Origin: Octopus vulgaris
Taxonomy: Eukaryota
Assembly (NCBI GenBank): GCA_951406725.2
Contig: OX597816.1
Span: 91,636,001 to 91,700,000 of the forward strand
Direction of reading: 5' to 3'
DNA: 64,000 nucleotides
Under the pieces are notes generated by a model. That model saw only the letters and a program-made list of their open reading frames with translations, did no database searches and was not told the origin of the DNA. Numbering within the stretch: position 1 is the stretch's first letter; every line of letters begins with the position of its first letter. Shown one piece after another: positions 25,801 to 38,720 of this stretch. Made by a program: the position numbers and the translations under genes.

Positions 25801-26975
25801 AGATGAGGTCATTGACACTCATCTTGAGGTAGACTGTAGAAGGGTAACATAAAAATGTTCCTTCTGATCATTTAGTAGCCCCGTTTGTAGGGCATAGGCA
25901 GAGATAATTGTAGCTGTGCTGTTCTGCAGGACTAGCCTGAGCTTGAGCACTCTATTGCATACCCCGACAACCTCTATGACCTTATCCACCTATTTCTCCG
26001 CAAGGTGTATGCCTATACCCCTTACTCCATCCATGTTACCTTGCCAGAAGACTTTATACCTATGTGCCTTGCCTGTGAGGACCCTAGCTGAAGCTCCTCT
26101 CCATCTTACCTCTTGTATGCAGCATACATCAACCTGTCTCCTTTCAAGCATCTCTACAATCTCACTAGACCTAACTTTCAGTGTGCCAACTCTGAAAACT
26201 GGGAATGTGGGGTGAGGGATTGCAGGTATGATGGAGAGTACCACCAGCAGGGGAGGGTTCAGACAGAGAAAGAGAGAGAGGAAACAAGCTCATCCCTACA
26301 TACAAACAAGCGCACCCACACACAGGGACAAGCATACATGGACAGCCGAATAGCTTTCGGCTTCACTTGATAAGGCCAAGGAAAATTCCTGGGTAGTTGT
26401 TCGCATGTTTCAAGACAGAACGAAAACAAAATGAAAGATAGCCGGTTAAGTAGGTGGATGGGTGGGCAGCTGGGCTAGTTGCATTTGTCCCAGGAGAGAG
26501 AGTGCAGGTAATATACAGATAACAGCCCAGTGAGGAGGAGGGGTTGGGAGAAGAGACATCAGGTAATGGTGGTGGAAGGAGAGAGTGATATTTGGTGTAG
26601 ATGGTGGGAAAATAGAGATATCCAGTATTGGTGGTGAGGGCAGGAAAGGGCGGGCACACCACGAACAAATAAGGACAAGTTGTAACAAATGATTTCGCTG
26701 AGTGTTGTTTGATTGCAGTCCACCACGAATGTCTGTCCAGGTTTATTAAAATGTACAATCATTGAAAACAAAATGGTTCATACAGTGTTGCTTTCTTACA
26801 GTTCTCAGTGTAAACACATCCAGGTCATTTGTTGTTTGATACACTGGGATATTATTTCCTCACTTGGAAACAAGTGAGGGTTGGGAACAGAGAGAGCATC
26901 CAACCATAAAAAAATCCAGCTTTAACAAATTCTGACCCATGCAAGCATGGAAAAATAGACTTCAAACCAATGACG
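22825..26975 (+). mobile_element. RTE-tailed SINE split by insertion of a full-length RTE
   Basis: SINE head at 22825-22980 (GCAGGCATGGCTATGTG..AGATTTGGTAGACAGAAACTGAAAGAA). The continuation and tail lie at ~26770-26975 (CTTGGAAACAAGTGAGGGTTGG..CCCATGCAAGCATGGAAAAA), collinear with 14708-15092. Confidence 0.6.
22986..26765 (-). mobile_element. Near full-length, mutated RTE-clade LINE: GC-rich 5' region, APE endonuclease, RT with PHD finger, repeat-rich 3' UTR and (GAT)n tail
   Basis: ORF fragments VGTLKVRSSEIVEMLERRQVDVCCIQEVRWRG (APE), QFSFVLGRSTTDAIF..AFVDLEKAF (RT), CSICRNGV..CTQCKLWTHRR (PHD) and LHGSETWA. (CAT)n at 22986-23000 on the + strand. Confidence 0.92.
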
Positions 26976-28341
26976 CTTTTTACTGTTTTACATCCATTTC
27001 CTCAAGCATACATGCTAAGGTGAACACCTGCATGTTCCTTCGAGTATCTCAAAAATATAGTAATTAACTGTTAAACAAAGTTGGAAATTGAAACAATGGC
27101 TAAGCCGATTTAAAAAACAGGTAGGTTAATTGAAACTGAAAACCACAAAGTGGCACTGAAAAAGAAAATAGCTAACGATTTGCTTTCTCAATACATATAT
27201 GAAAACATCTAATCCACAGGGCATTTCAACTGCTTTCTCTGTATTTAATGTAGGTCACATTTTTACAGTTACATGTTATTCCTTTACTAAGAAACTAAGT
27301 AAAAACAGAAATAAAGCAATGAAAATTTAGATTCAAATATCAATGTATAATTAAGGGTGCCAATTTCAAATCTTAACAAAAATTTTACTATCATATTAGG
27401 TTTAGCAGTATGATATAAAAAGATTTCATTTTAATAGGTTTTCAGTTACAAAGCAATGTTAAAACAACTTAATTCAAATTATAAAACTACTTTAATGAAT
27501 AGCAAAATGGTTATTAGTATCTTTTATGTCAATGAGTGATTAAGTTATTTATTAACATCAAAATGGTCAATATCCTTTTAAGAAGAGAAACTGATCTTCC
27601 TTTCAGAAGCTATAAACTCTTCACAGTACGTTTTACATCCAATCGTAAGAAACAAGATTATGTATGATATACTTTATTTACCTATATGTTCGATAATAGA
27701 CAGCTAAATATCTAATAAATTTAGTTAGACTATTGATAAAATACCTTTTGATACAAAATATCTTCAGATATTTTGACAGCACATAATCTGTGTGTAGAAA
27801 GCATGCGAAGCAATACATTTTCCCTTTAAACATTTCCATCTATAAATTTTGCACAAGAATATGTAATTTTCAACATGCAGGCTAAAATATTCAAAGTTAT
27901 TGAAAAACTTATTTTTAAATTAGAAAATATAGTACAACGATAAAGATGCATTAATATACGTCTAATCTAACATTTAGGTTTATACATGTATGAGAAGTTA
28001 TTAGTGTTGATAAAAAAAAATCATGGCATTTATGTTTTTAAAACAGTTTTTGAGCAGTTTAATCTCCATTTGCTCTATGCCTGGGCTGGATTGAATTGAG
28101 ATTTGTACAATTACTTGACAAGAAACCTGCATGGAAAAAAAAAACTGTTCACAAATTCCATCCCAACTTGAACAAATGCATCCAAATGTGGAACCTGATA
28201 GTGAGCAGATAAATCTTTTGAAACCCATGCTGCTGAAAAATGCCTGGAAAGCAGACGTTAAATAATGATGATATGTGTGTGTTTGTGTGTATATATTGCA
28301 CTGAGCCAATTATTGCATTACAGCATTTCTGACGACAGTGT

Positions 28342-28899
28342 TTAACACTTTTGATACCAACTCACCTGAAAGCAGCCTTGGTTTTTATAATATAAGGTTA
28401 ATGTTTTAACTCTTTAGCATTCAGATTAAATATAATTCTTATTGTTTTGAATTTATCATGCATTATCTTATAGCTTCAAGATTTAACCCTTTCATTACCA
28501 ATCCGGCTGAAATCTTAGTCACAATTTATGTTCCTAACACTAGCTGAATGATAACTAAGTTATTTTACTAAATTCTTTGTTATATTTAAAGAAACACAGA
28601 GAATCTCAAAATAAATACAGTAATGAAAGGGTTAAATGTGATTGTTTATTTTTAGAATCACATTGTAGGATAGGTGTGAGAGGCTAGATCTGGTCAGTCT
28701 GAATATAAAATAGGTAAAATATTTGGGTCAAATTTTGCCGGATTAAATGCTGAAGGGTTAAAGAGATCTAAAACCACTAGCCAAAATTCCATGTTAATTT
28801 ATGTTCCAAACACCAGGTTAATGATAAAATTATTTAACTAAATTCATTATTTTCAAAATTAATTAAAACAAAAATAATACATTTTAATAAAAGGGTTAA
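28342..28899. mobile_element. Three nested TTAA-targeting (piggyBac-type) MITEs
   Basis: Inner 28487-28631 has a perfect TIR CCCTTTCATTAC/GTAATGAAAGGG. Middle 28410-28757 has CTCTTTAGCATT/AATGCTGAAGGG. Outer 28346-28895. Each is bounded by TTAA. Confidence 0.8.
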
Positions 28900-29269
28900 C
28901 CCAATGCAAGAAACTTCATGAGAACTGTGGCTAATTTCTAATTATCTATGAAATAATCTTTGTTACATCTAAAACCTTATAATTTTTAAATATTTCATTT
29001 ACATATGATATTCATTTGCTGAATCAATAGCAAGATATTCATTCCTCTCTAGCATTCAAACAGCCTACATCAAACCTGCACTGTCTTCAAATTCATTCTT
29101 CAATGAGTAGGGATATGAAAATGCCTCTTAAGAACACAAAGTCACTTACTGCATATAAAGAAACATGAAACTAATTCTATTCTTTTGAATAAAACCAGAT
29201 TAAAACCCCAAAGGCCACTACAAATGCTATGCTTCAATCTCATATTCATTACATCAAAAACTGCAGCCA

Positions 29270-29750
29270 AAAGACAAGCCTTCCTTTTTAGAAGCAGGAA
29301 ATATTTGATGAGCCATTGATTCTCTATAATCATCAAGAAGAACAATGGAACACTGCTCCCACATCTGGGATGGTACTGCAGCTAAACACATACACATTAC
29401 TAACATACTAGATACCAAAAGAAAGCCAACTCATTCATCAACATACTTCACACTGTAGCTACATTCAAGTTGTCATCTCTCCCTACTTTATCACTACTGG
29501 AGCAGTTTATGATCCTTAAAACTAGCTAGTTGTATACCATCTCCACTCCAATATAACCATCTCTCCTCTTGTCACCTACAATTTCTCCTTCCCCAGGAAA
29601 TGCATTAACCACTAAGCAGAAATCTTTCATTCACAGAATGCTAACCTGATGGAAAGTCTCTTCATCCACCACTTGTTCCCTGCAGATGTCAACAATTTCA
29701 AACTAAACACTGATTGCAAGAACAACATCAGTCTCAGAGGAGCCACAAAT
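29270..29750 (+). mobile_element. Degraded CR1-like LINE 3' fragment
   Basis: From 29345 it reads MEHCSHIWDGTAAKHI, like the MEYCSHIW motif of invertebrate CR1 ORF2. Later W(K)SL..LFP...NFK remnants. Confidence 0.65.
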
Positions 29751-30001
29751 ACCATTAGTGCTACCCATTCTTCATTAAACCATAACAAAAATTGGTGGCA
29801 ATACTATTTTCACGTGTTACGTTTAACATTTCAAAATATTTAAATTTCAGAAGGCAAAATTTTTATTTACTTAATCATGAAAATGTAGATGTTTGAAAGA
29901 GTTATGCTAAATTACAAATACTTTGTTAGCAAACAAACTGCTAACATTATTTGCAATACCCAACACTCAATAAAAAGATGGTACATATCTATTCTTATAA
30001 A

Positions 30002-30229
30002 AGGCGGTGAGCTGGCAAAAACGTTAGCACACCGGGCAAAATGCGTAGCCGTATTTCGTCTGCTGTTACATTCTGAGTTCAAATTCCGCCGAGGTCGACT
30101 TTGCCTTTCATCCTTTCGGGGTTGATTAAATAAGTACCAGTTACGCACTGAAGTCGATGTATTCGACTTAATCCATTTATCCTTGTTTGTCCCCTCTGTG
30201 TTTAGCCCCTTGTGGGTAGTAAAGAAATA
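30002..30229 (+). mobile_element. Full-length SINE type A with a perfect ~22-bp TSD
   Basis: GGTACATATCTATTCTTATAAA at 29980-30001 and 30230-30251. Head GGCGGTGAGCTGGCA.. and B-box-like GAGTTCAAATTCC. Confidence 0.92.
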
Positions 30230-30254
30230 GGTACATATCTATTCTTATAAATAT

Positions 30255-30394
30255 GAGTGTAAGTATGGTTGTGAAATTAAGAACTTGGCTTGCATCAACA
30301 TACCACTGCAAGATGATCTGAACAAGTGTACAAGCATTGAATTGAACAATATATTACAAATGCTTTCTGGTAGACAGAAACTGTGTAGAAACCC

Positions 30395-30433
<39 letters not shown>

Positions 30434-30840
30434 ACAAATACGCATAATGTACACCTGTATACAAGCACTGGCAAAGCTGTATGGTTCAAAGGTTTGCATC
30501 TCAACCACATGATTTCAGGTTCAATCGCACAGTGGAACAAAAGTGTCTTCTACTATAATCCAATGTCTTGCAAGGGAATGTCAGAGACAGAAACTGGAGG
30601 AAGCCCACTGTGCACATAAGTACATGTGCTTGAATGTTTGCAAAAATCAGTTATGGTTACTGATAATGACATCACCACTCGTAGTAGGCCTACAACTGGT
30701 AACATTCATTGACATTTCCAGCCAACAAATCACCTGCTAACTCAGCACTTTCAAATTCCTCCTGAATTAGAAAAAGAAAATCCTTTGCATGAGGAACATG
30801 TAAGAGTTGGCAGCAAGAAGAATATCCATCTATAAAAATC
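30255..30840 (+). mobile_element. Two degenerate type B SINE heads in tandem, separated by (TA)n/(CA)n
   Basis: GGTAGACAGAAACTG at ~30369. GCTGTATGGTTCAAAGGTTTGC..GGTTCAATCGCAC..GTGTCTTCTACTATA at 30476-30557. Confidence 0.55.
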
Positions 30841-32239
30841 CTGCTTTAACTTCCTCCATAGAACAATGACCATTAAATGAATGGTGTGTGTATGTGTGTG
30901 TGCACACGTGCCTATACATTAACTGACTAGAGAAACAATTTCAATAAACATTTATATCTTCAGTAAGCCAAAATGGCTAAAGATGCATTTATTTCTTCTG
31001 GGAACTACGTGGTTTTAGCCAATTTTGTTTCAGCTGACCAAATTTCATTTAAACCCTATCCCCACTGGTAGGTACTTTTACTTTTGTTCAAAACTAGAAA
31101 TACGTACACATAGACAACACAGTGGAAGCTGCTTATGACAATCAGACATGATCAATTGCATTGTTACTGAAAAGGTTTCATTTCAAAGTAATCATAATAA
31201 GCTGTTTCCATTGTGCACATTTATATTAGTACTGACAGGACAAAAATCAGTACACAAGGTCAAGATAACTTCTTTATGTTAATGCCCACTTTATTTTTCT
31301 GTATATTACAAGACAGATGAAATGAGTATGAGACTAAATATGGAAGGATAGGGTGATATAATCAACTAAAACCTTTCAAAAACAGTTCTCCAACAATCAC
31401 CACAATTTACAATCAAGAGTATATTTGAAGCTTGAACAGATTTCTTTAGGATATAAAACTAGATGGTGGTGCAGCATAACTAAATATTTGAAAGAAGTGT
31501 ATATGATGTACTTTGTTCAGAATTGGCATAGAAAAATATACAAGTTTATCCCAATGTAATGGTTAGTGATGCTATCCATTGCTAATCTAACCTGATGACT
31601 AGTGGTTATCATTCAAAATCAACTGGTTCTGAATGCCTGAGTGATGAGTTTAACAATGGAATAGGCTGTTACAGTTCATACTCAGAAACTGAATCTAAAT
31701 ACAAGGAAAGGTAGGACAATGATTGGAGAAAGGACTTTTTTAAATCTACAGAAGATAAAAACAGAACTGCAAGCTAAAGAAGCATTTGTCAACGAGCACT
31801 GAGTAGTTACTTGGTAGCACCACCTGTTTTCAACTTGAATCAGTTCTTTTTGAAAGTGAACTGGCCTTGAATATGATACAGTGCTCTCCGATCAGCTATC
31901 TCCATTATTCAGGTATTTTAATTTTATCGCTGCACCAAATTATTTTCTTCATAGTTTTTAGGGTCCATGAACCACACACCAAAAAGATGTTACTAGGAAA
32001 CCTGTGCAATCAATAATAGGTGGCAGCAATGATAAAATTCAACATAAAGCACTTGACCAGGTAGATGTAGTCGAAAAGTATGAAATACACACAGCTTTTC
32101 AGTGCAGGCAGGGTATAATCCTCAATTCTATATCAGAAACTATGTCTTTTTTTTTTTAATAATCTAATTTGTGTATCTAACCAATTGAAAACTAGGTCAT
32201 CTACTTCAATGGCTGTGTTAACATAAGAGATGAGCTGTT

Positions 32240-32632
32240 TATCATCACCAATGTTTAAATGTCCACTTTTCCTTGGTTGCAGGGGCCAGATAAAATTTGA
32301 TGAAGCAGATTTTCTATGGCCAGATGCTCTTCCTTTCTCCAACCCTTACCTGTTTTCAAGTAAGGTGATATTTTCTCAAGTCCTTCGAATACAACAGCCT
32401 GAAATGTTTACACAAAAATGAAAACACGCCTGGCCATTGTGTTGTTTGTGATGATCATCATTTACAATCAGCATGTGATGTCAAGACAAATGGAAATGAG
32501 AAGATTTACAGCTTGTTTCAGTATCTATTTACCAAATCCACTCTCAAGGTTTCAGCCAGCTCTGCACCACAGAAAACACTAGCACAAGGTGCTCTGACGG
32601 ATTGGCAAACTTCTTAATCATACAGCCATGCT
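32240..32632 (-). mobile_element. RTE-tailed SINE, degenerate
   Basis: GTTTAAATGTCCACTTTTCC..CAGATGCTCTTCCT..AACCCTTACCTGTTTTCAAG..CCAAATCCACTCTCAAGG..CTTCTTAATCATACAGCCATGC. Confidence 0.65.
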
Positions 32633-34029
32633 TGAATAACTATAAATTTCTTCACTCCAAGCACAAGCAGAGTTGAGAACATGCAGGTGGATATTACCAC
32701 TCAAGACTTGAAAATATAAAAGTGTCAGAAGAGGCAAAATCAGTAACAACATACCACATGCAAGTTTTGCTATAAAAGAATAACCAGAAAAAGTTAGTGG
32801 AAATGGTGAAAAACATTCCTCTTCTGAAAATCAAATAGGAAAGCAATTCTTGATTATGATATTGCTACAGAAGTACACCATCTGCTCTGAAGTTATGCCA
32901 AAGTCTGTTGGGATTGATCATATCAAAAGCTACCACAAAAATCAGTAAAATAAACACTGGTTGTAGGTAACACCCATTTTATTCAAAGAATTCTTTATAA
33001 CGTGAAAATTTAACCTGAATACCTACAAACTTCAAGTGTCTGAAGATGCAGATAGGAGGAAGAAGACTGTGAAAATCTTCAGAGCAAAGTGGTTGCTACA
33101 GAAAATTTTATCACATTGTGGGGGTATGACATGTCAAGATTAATCCAGTTCTCAAGATGTGAGAGATGACCATAGGAAGTAATTATATGAAATCATTAAC
33201 TATTTTTTTCTCTCATTCTAAGTTGGTGTCTTTAAAAAGTGGAGATTTTGATAAAGGAGCAACTTACTGAAGTGACTAGCTACAACATGATGACAATAAA
33301 AAATGTAGTTTTTGCTAAAAGAGTATTTCAACATGTAGTCTGTAAAGCAGTCAGTTGATGATTTTGAAAAAGAATACACAAAGAACAAAAGTCAAAAGAC
33401 TGCCGATTGGGAAATATGTGGTTCAGTGCTATTTACTAAATTGTGAATACATACACAAGAATTTGTAGAAGAAATTTATAAGAATAAATGATCTTCCCTT
33501 AAAGCATTAGTACTACAAGAGATACAGGACCAAAAGCTGTTACACTCAAAAAGAAGGATGTCATATAAATGTTTGCTATCTTTAGCCAAAAATGAAATGT
33601 TTCAAAAAGAAAAAGAATGCAATTTAGAATGGCTCATGTAGAGAACATCTATGAGAATACTAAAAAAAGACATTTTCATTGCTAGCTTTTAGATTAGAAA
33701 ATGTGGCTGAAATTTCATGTTTAAGATTTTTTTAAAATAAAGAACTGATGTAAGTGCTAAATAAGAAAATCACAAGACAGGGCAGTAGTTCTAGTCAGCA
33801 ACAGCAAAAAGATAAGGTTAAGGCATTAGTAATGAAGAAATTGACTATTAAGAGATATAAATAGAGAATAATTAATGTCATCCATTGGCCAAACTCTGTA
33901 ATTGCAACTTAGATTATCATGTAGATTTCACATCTAACTTTAGTAACTCATGAGCCTAAAATATGGTAATGTCAATACAAACAGATAATGAAATTATTGA
34001 CAGTGTATTTTGCTGGTAATAATTAACTC

Positions 34030-34430
34030 TCCATGTGAAGGACAGATTTGTATGATACTTACACAAGAAGTGCAATGTTGTATTGTACTGAAATTTAGGC
34101 TTTCAAAGCTGAATGTATAATGATATGTGTATGAAAAAACAGTGCACAAACGAGCTAAGGAAGAAACTGAGTATAAAAGGAATCAGATGCAATGTGCAAG
34201 AGAGGAAACTGAGCAGATATAGACATGTCATGTATATGGAGGACAACAATTGAATATAGAAATTCAGAGTGATCCAAGTGGAAAGAGCCTACAGAAGACC
34301 AAAGAAGCAATGGTGAAAGCTGATCTAATGAGGTTGATTGGATTGATAGAAGACCACAAGTGATGAGACACTATACTGAAAAGATCTGTCAACATGCAAG
34401 CATGAAAAAAATGAATGTAAAATTATGAAA
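34030..34430 (+). mobile_element. Ancient RTE 3' fragment
   Basis: GTGAAGGACAGATTTGTATGAT..GCAATGTTGTATTGTACTGAA resembles VKGRLYD..AMLHGSETW. Ends CATGCAAGCATGAAAA. Confidence 0.6.
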
Positions 34431-37400
34431 ATGTACCAAGCAGCTAATCAGTTTTTCAAGTGTTGTGAGTTACAATAACAAAAGACTTTCAGATAATCAA
34501 TGAAGTTTATCATTGCTTTAGACAATGTTAAAATATACAAAATAACTGAACCTTTCAGGGATATTCTGGCAAGTTCTTCAAGAAAAATTCCAACAAAATC
34601 AATTAAAAGTTTGCCCTTTGATTCAAAGCAACTGCTAATATTTTCCAAAAGATTTAAAAGGTGTTAGGTAACTTGATAAATTTCATCTTTGTGTCAAGGC
34701 AGAACTCTTGTAGTAAAGAGGTAATGTGTCCCAGGAGATTCCATGTTTTACACTCCAAAAGCTGAAAAAACATAGCTTCTGCATCCAGAATGGTGGCTCT
34801 GATTACATATTCTGATGTTGTACACATAAAATTATATGCTTATTTTATGGATTGCTACTTTTAAGATGAACACTTGATTGTGAGTAGCTATCTCATTCAT
34901 AAGCCACTGTTTGTTGCATACTGTAATCTGCCACTAACTCCCATAACTGAGGGAGCCTTTTATCAAACTAATTGATAGGCCAAGCAGTCAAGTCTAAGCA
35001 ACATTCATAAACATGAAAATTAAAACTTCTGAATCATCTAGCATTATTGAAGAAGTGTAAACAATTTAAAACAGGAGAAAAAGGAAGTCACTTTATAAAG
35101 GTAGTTCATATTATAGCCAAATGTTTCAATCTTAATGTTAATATTACTGAAAAGGTGAAGAAAATGAGGAAAATCAATCTTGCAAGTCTAAAGACATCTG
35201 CAAGCATATAAATCAGTTAAATATAATACATTGGATCACTCAATATAAAAGTGAATACATAAAATGAGATACATTTGAGTCATGCACAATCAAACAAGGT
35301 ATTTAGTTATCAAGATGGTACCTGGAAGCCTTCTTTTTCACAGCTGTTACTTGACACGACTTTAAGATTCAAAGCAAATGATTTCTATTTTACAAACAAA
35401 ATATAGAAATTACTTTGAAATTTTGTGAAAATCTTTTGGAGAAAAATACAAGGAAAAAAAAAAACAGATGAAGACATTATTTAACTTAGTATGTTAGGAA
35501 TCCAATACAATTTTTAATGTCCAAAGTTGAAAATATATGAACCTTTCCACCAAACCCCACTTAAATCATACAATCTGTAACAAGTTGTAATAACATATTG
35601 CTACTCAACATGTTACTCCTGATAAAGTTATAAATGTGTGGTTAAAGTACAAGATTAAATAGAACATTAGTGTCTTGTAGATCATAGACATACCTTGCAA
35701 GATAAATTTGGTAAGGGATGTATCTCTATAAACATGTATTATGCTGCTTACAATCTCCCTTATGCAAAACAAAAAAAATCAGAGATTTGGTGAAAAACAG
35801 TTTACTTGTTTCTAAGATATGAAACTATCTTTTTAAAATAACCATCATCACAATAAAAATCATACTGAGCCACCAAAGAAGTCTCCACATGATTACTTGA
35901 CCAGCTAGAAATAGCAACCAGCTACCTCTGACACTGCTAGCTTAATAAAAGGCCACATTAAATATCATGGTCCTAGAAACTATATCTGGAGAGAAAAGAT
36001 GGGAAATGTACAACCGGAATGCTTTTCATCATAGTTTTGCACAATCAGGTTCCACTTGGGGCAAATACAATGGAAATCACAAGTAGCATTCTCCACATTT
36101 TAGAAAAAATCTTGGTAAATAGAAAAACATAGCTGTATGAAAATTAAAATTAAAACATTGAACACAATATGTTCTATTTTGAAGGTATAATTATATAAGA
36201 CACATGTAAAATAGAAAGATTTCCAAGTTTCTATCATGAAAAAATTATTTTAATAAATGCATTAGCATCCACTGTTTAAAAATAAGATACTTGGAGACAT
36301 TACTGTTTACTACTCAATAAGTAACAAATTCTAAGACTATTTATATTTTGTAACAAGACAAACAGAATAATGTCACGAATAGCTTTAAAGTCAAGTCAAA
36401 CTGTAGACAGAAATAACAGGTATAAAATAATTGGTATACTCTTGTTTATAACCAAAAGAAAAACCAAGACTAAATCAAAAAATATAGACATATGTAAATA
36501 ATTATGCTGACCTTCTCAAATTTAAACTTTCTATAATTGAATGCTAGAAGCGGAGTAAAAAATAAATATATAATCACCTTTACGAACCAATGAAACTGGA
36601 CTTCTACATTGGCCTTTATCAATGAGAAAGCAAATGTTGAGTCATGTCTAAAATGACATTTCAGGCAACAGAGATTGTGCACTTATAATGTCTACTGGTT
36701 GCATTGAAATCCCAGCACACACTAATGTTGATTTTTCAATAAATTACTCTACAATTTAATATTAATTTTCTCAGCACATATTCTGCTGAAAAGAAAATGC
36801 TGGAATTTTTCAAGACTTCTAAATTATTTTATCTTTTCTATCTAAACTATATCTCAATTTTTTCATCATGATAACATTAATTCAAGCCCTGTGGTTAGAA
36901 TTAAATTAATTACTTTTATTTTTAATACCAGACCACATGAATACTGGATTATATGTGTGTTTAACTTTGTTTAAATGAATATATTTTGAAATATAGTACT
37001 TGAAGGCATTCTAAGAATAAATGTTTTAAATTTAGTGAAATTTTATTTTACTAGAAAATACGTTCTTAGAAATTGGATATCATAAAAATGATTCCCTCTC
37101 AAAATGTAACACAAAACATCAACCTAATAATCTGGAAAACCCATACTGCCAACATTCCTAACCCAAGAGAACATTTGAGTTATACTAAAAGATAATATCT
37201 TTCATTATCAATTTAAAATCCTTTTCCTTATGCTTTAATTGGTTGATATGACATTTTATTTAATGCTGGGTACATTTCCATGCCAACAATTTATTTTTGC
37301 TCTGACAACCGATGTACTGATACAACTTCTGTAGTTCATTGTATCATTTTCTATTCAATACTACCACTAAATCATGTAACATTTCAAATATCTCCAATCC

Positions 37401-37431
37401 AACTTATATCATCATGTATTTTATAAAATTT

Positions 37432-37810
37432 GATATCATCCATTGTTTTAATGTCCACATGATCCAGACAGAATTTGTTGAGGCACATTTTACTACAGCC
37501 AGGCATCCTTCCTGTAACCAACCCTTACCTGTTTCCAAGGTAATATTTCTCCTTGGACAGACAGGTTTTCATGAAAGATTGGAAGAACATTGCTTGTATG
37601 GCAGTGACATTTGTTCGCAACTATCATGTAATATTAAGACAAGCAGGCACCAACTTACATGAATATATACAAGCTTCTTTCAGTTCTCATCTACTATTGA
37701 CAAGGCTTTGATCAGTTCATAGTTATAGAAGTCAAAATATCACACTGAGAATGAACTCAGGACTATGTGCTTGGGAAATAAGCTTCTTAACCACACAGCT
37801 GTGCTTGCGC
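37432..37810 (-). mobile_element. RTE-tailed SINE, degenerate
   Basis: Same layout as 32240-32632 (TGTTTTAATGTCCAC..AACCCTTACCTGTTTCCAAGGTAATATTT..GCTTCTTAACCACACAGC). Confidence 0.65.
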
Positions 37811-38189
37811 CTACACTTAGAAAATTAAATGACAGACAATATATAAATTTTCAAATTTGATTACCTTCTCTAATGCAGTAATTATAGTTCTAGCTCTTAG
37901 TTTGTTATAATTGGTCATGCCAAAATCAAATTTACTTCTTACATGATGTTTATAAATGAACATCATATAATAAAAAGTAGCAATTTAACTTAATTGCTTA
38001 TACAGTTTAAACTCTAAACAAAGGACTATATTGAATTGGTGTCAAAAATTTTTTGTTTTACTTTTTTTCTATTTGTTTATGTAGGTACTGCATAATTTCT
38101 CAAAGTAAAGCACTTATATTTCACCAAGATGATAGAAACACTAAATATCATTTATACCTTACCACACACACACACATGAAACATCTAAA

Positions 38190-38720
38190 CATTCATATAG
38201 GGACTTCAAGGAAACCACGCATTGCCTATTCACCCCAAACTCCTGCATAACTCTCCACATGTCCCATGGTACACAGTCTACAAAGCAATATTCTCACAAT
38301 TTCTCAAAAACCTGCTATAGAGTGAAGATCTGGTTGGTTGTGCTGTGTGCAGGATGGAAATCATACTAATCATCCTGCTTGGGCTTCCCAATTTCCTTAC
38401 ATCTTATCCAAACACCAACTATAGGATCTACCAAGGAAAGTCAACAAGGAGAGTCCACTATAATGAGAGCATTCTTTTGTCTCTGCACTGAGCTCCAGTA
38501 CAGCAGACACGTGATTAGAATGTCATAGGAAAGAACTGCAAGATGGATTCTTCAAGCCAAGCCAACCAACAGGAGGACTAGGGGTAGACCAAAAACAAGC
38601 TGGTTGAATAATATCCAAATCCAGCTAAAAAGTCTGACAACTGCTACTGATCAATTCCTATGGAGGCAGTACCCAAGAACTAACCCCATGACCCTTGCAG
38701 AAACAGTGGGTGGAGAAGAC
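38190..38720. mobile_element. Second RTE family fragment with an inverted 5' part
   Basis: Minus 38190-38482 reads CSHYSGLSLL..HSTTNQIFTL*QVFEK..SLKSLY. Plus 38490-38720 reads HVIRMS*ERTARWILQAKPTNRRTRGRPKTSW and then a 3' end. Confidence 0.65.

Noticed and set aside
31310-31760. Possible transposase relic (DEMSMR-like word)
   Set aside because: Only one short motif, with no supporting downstream motifs readable.
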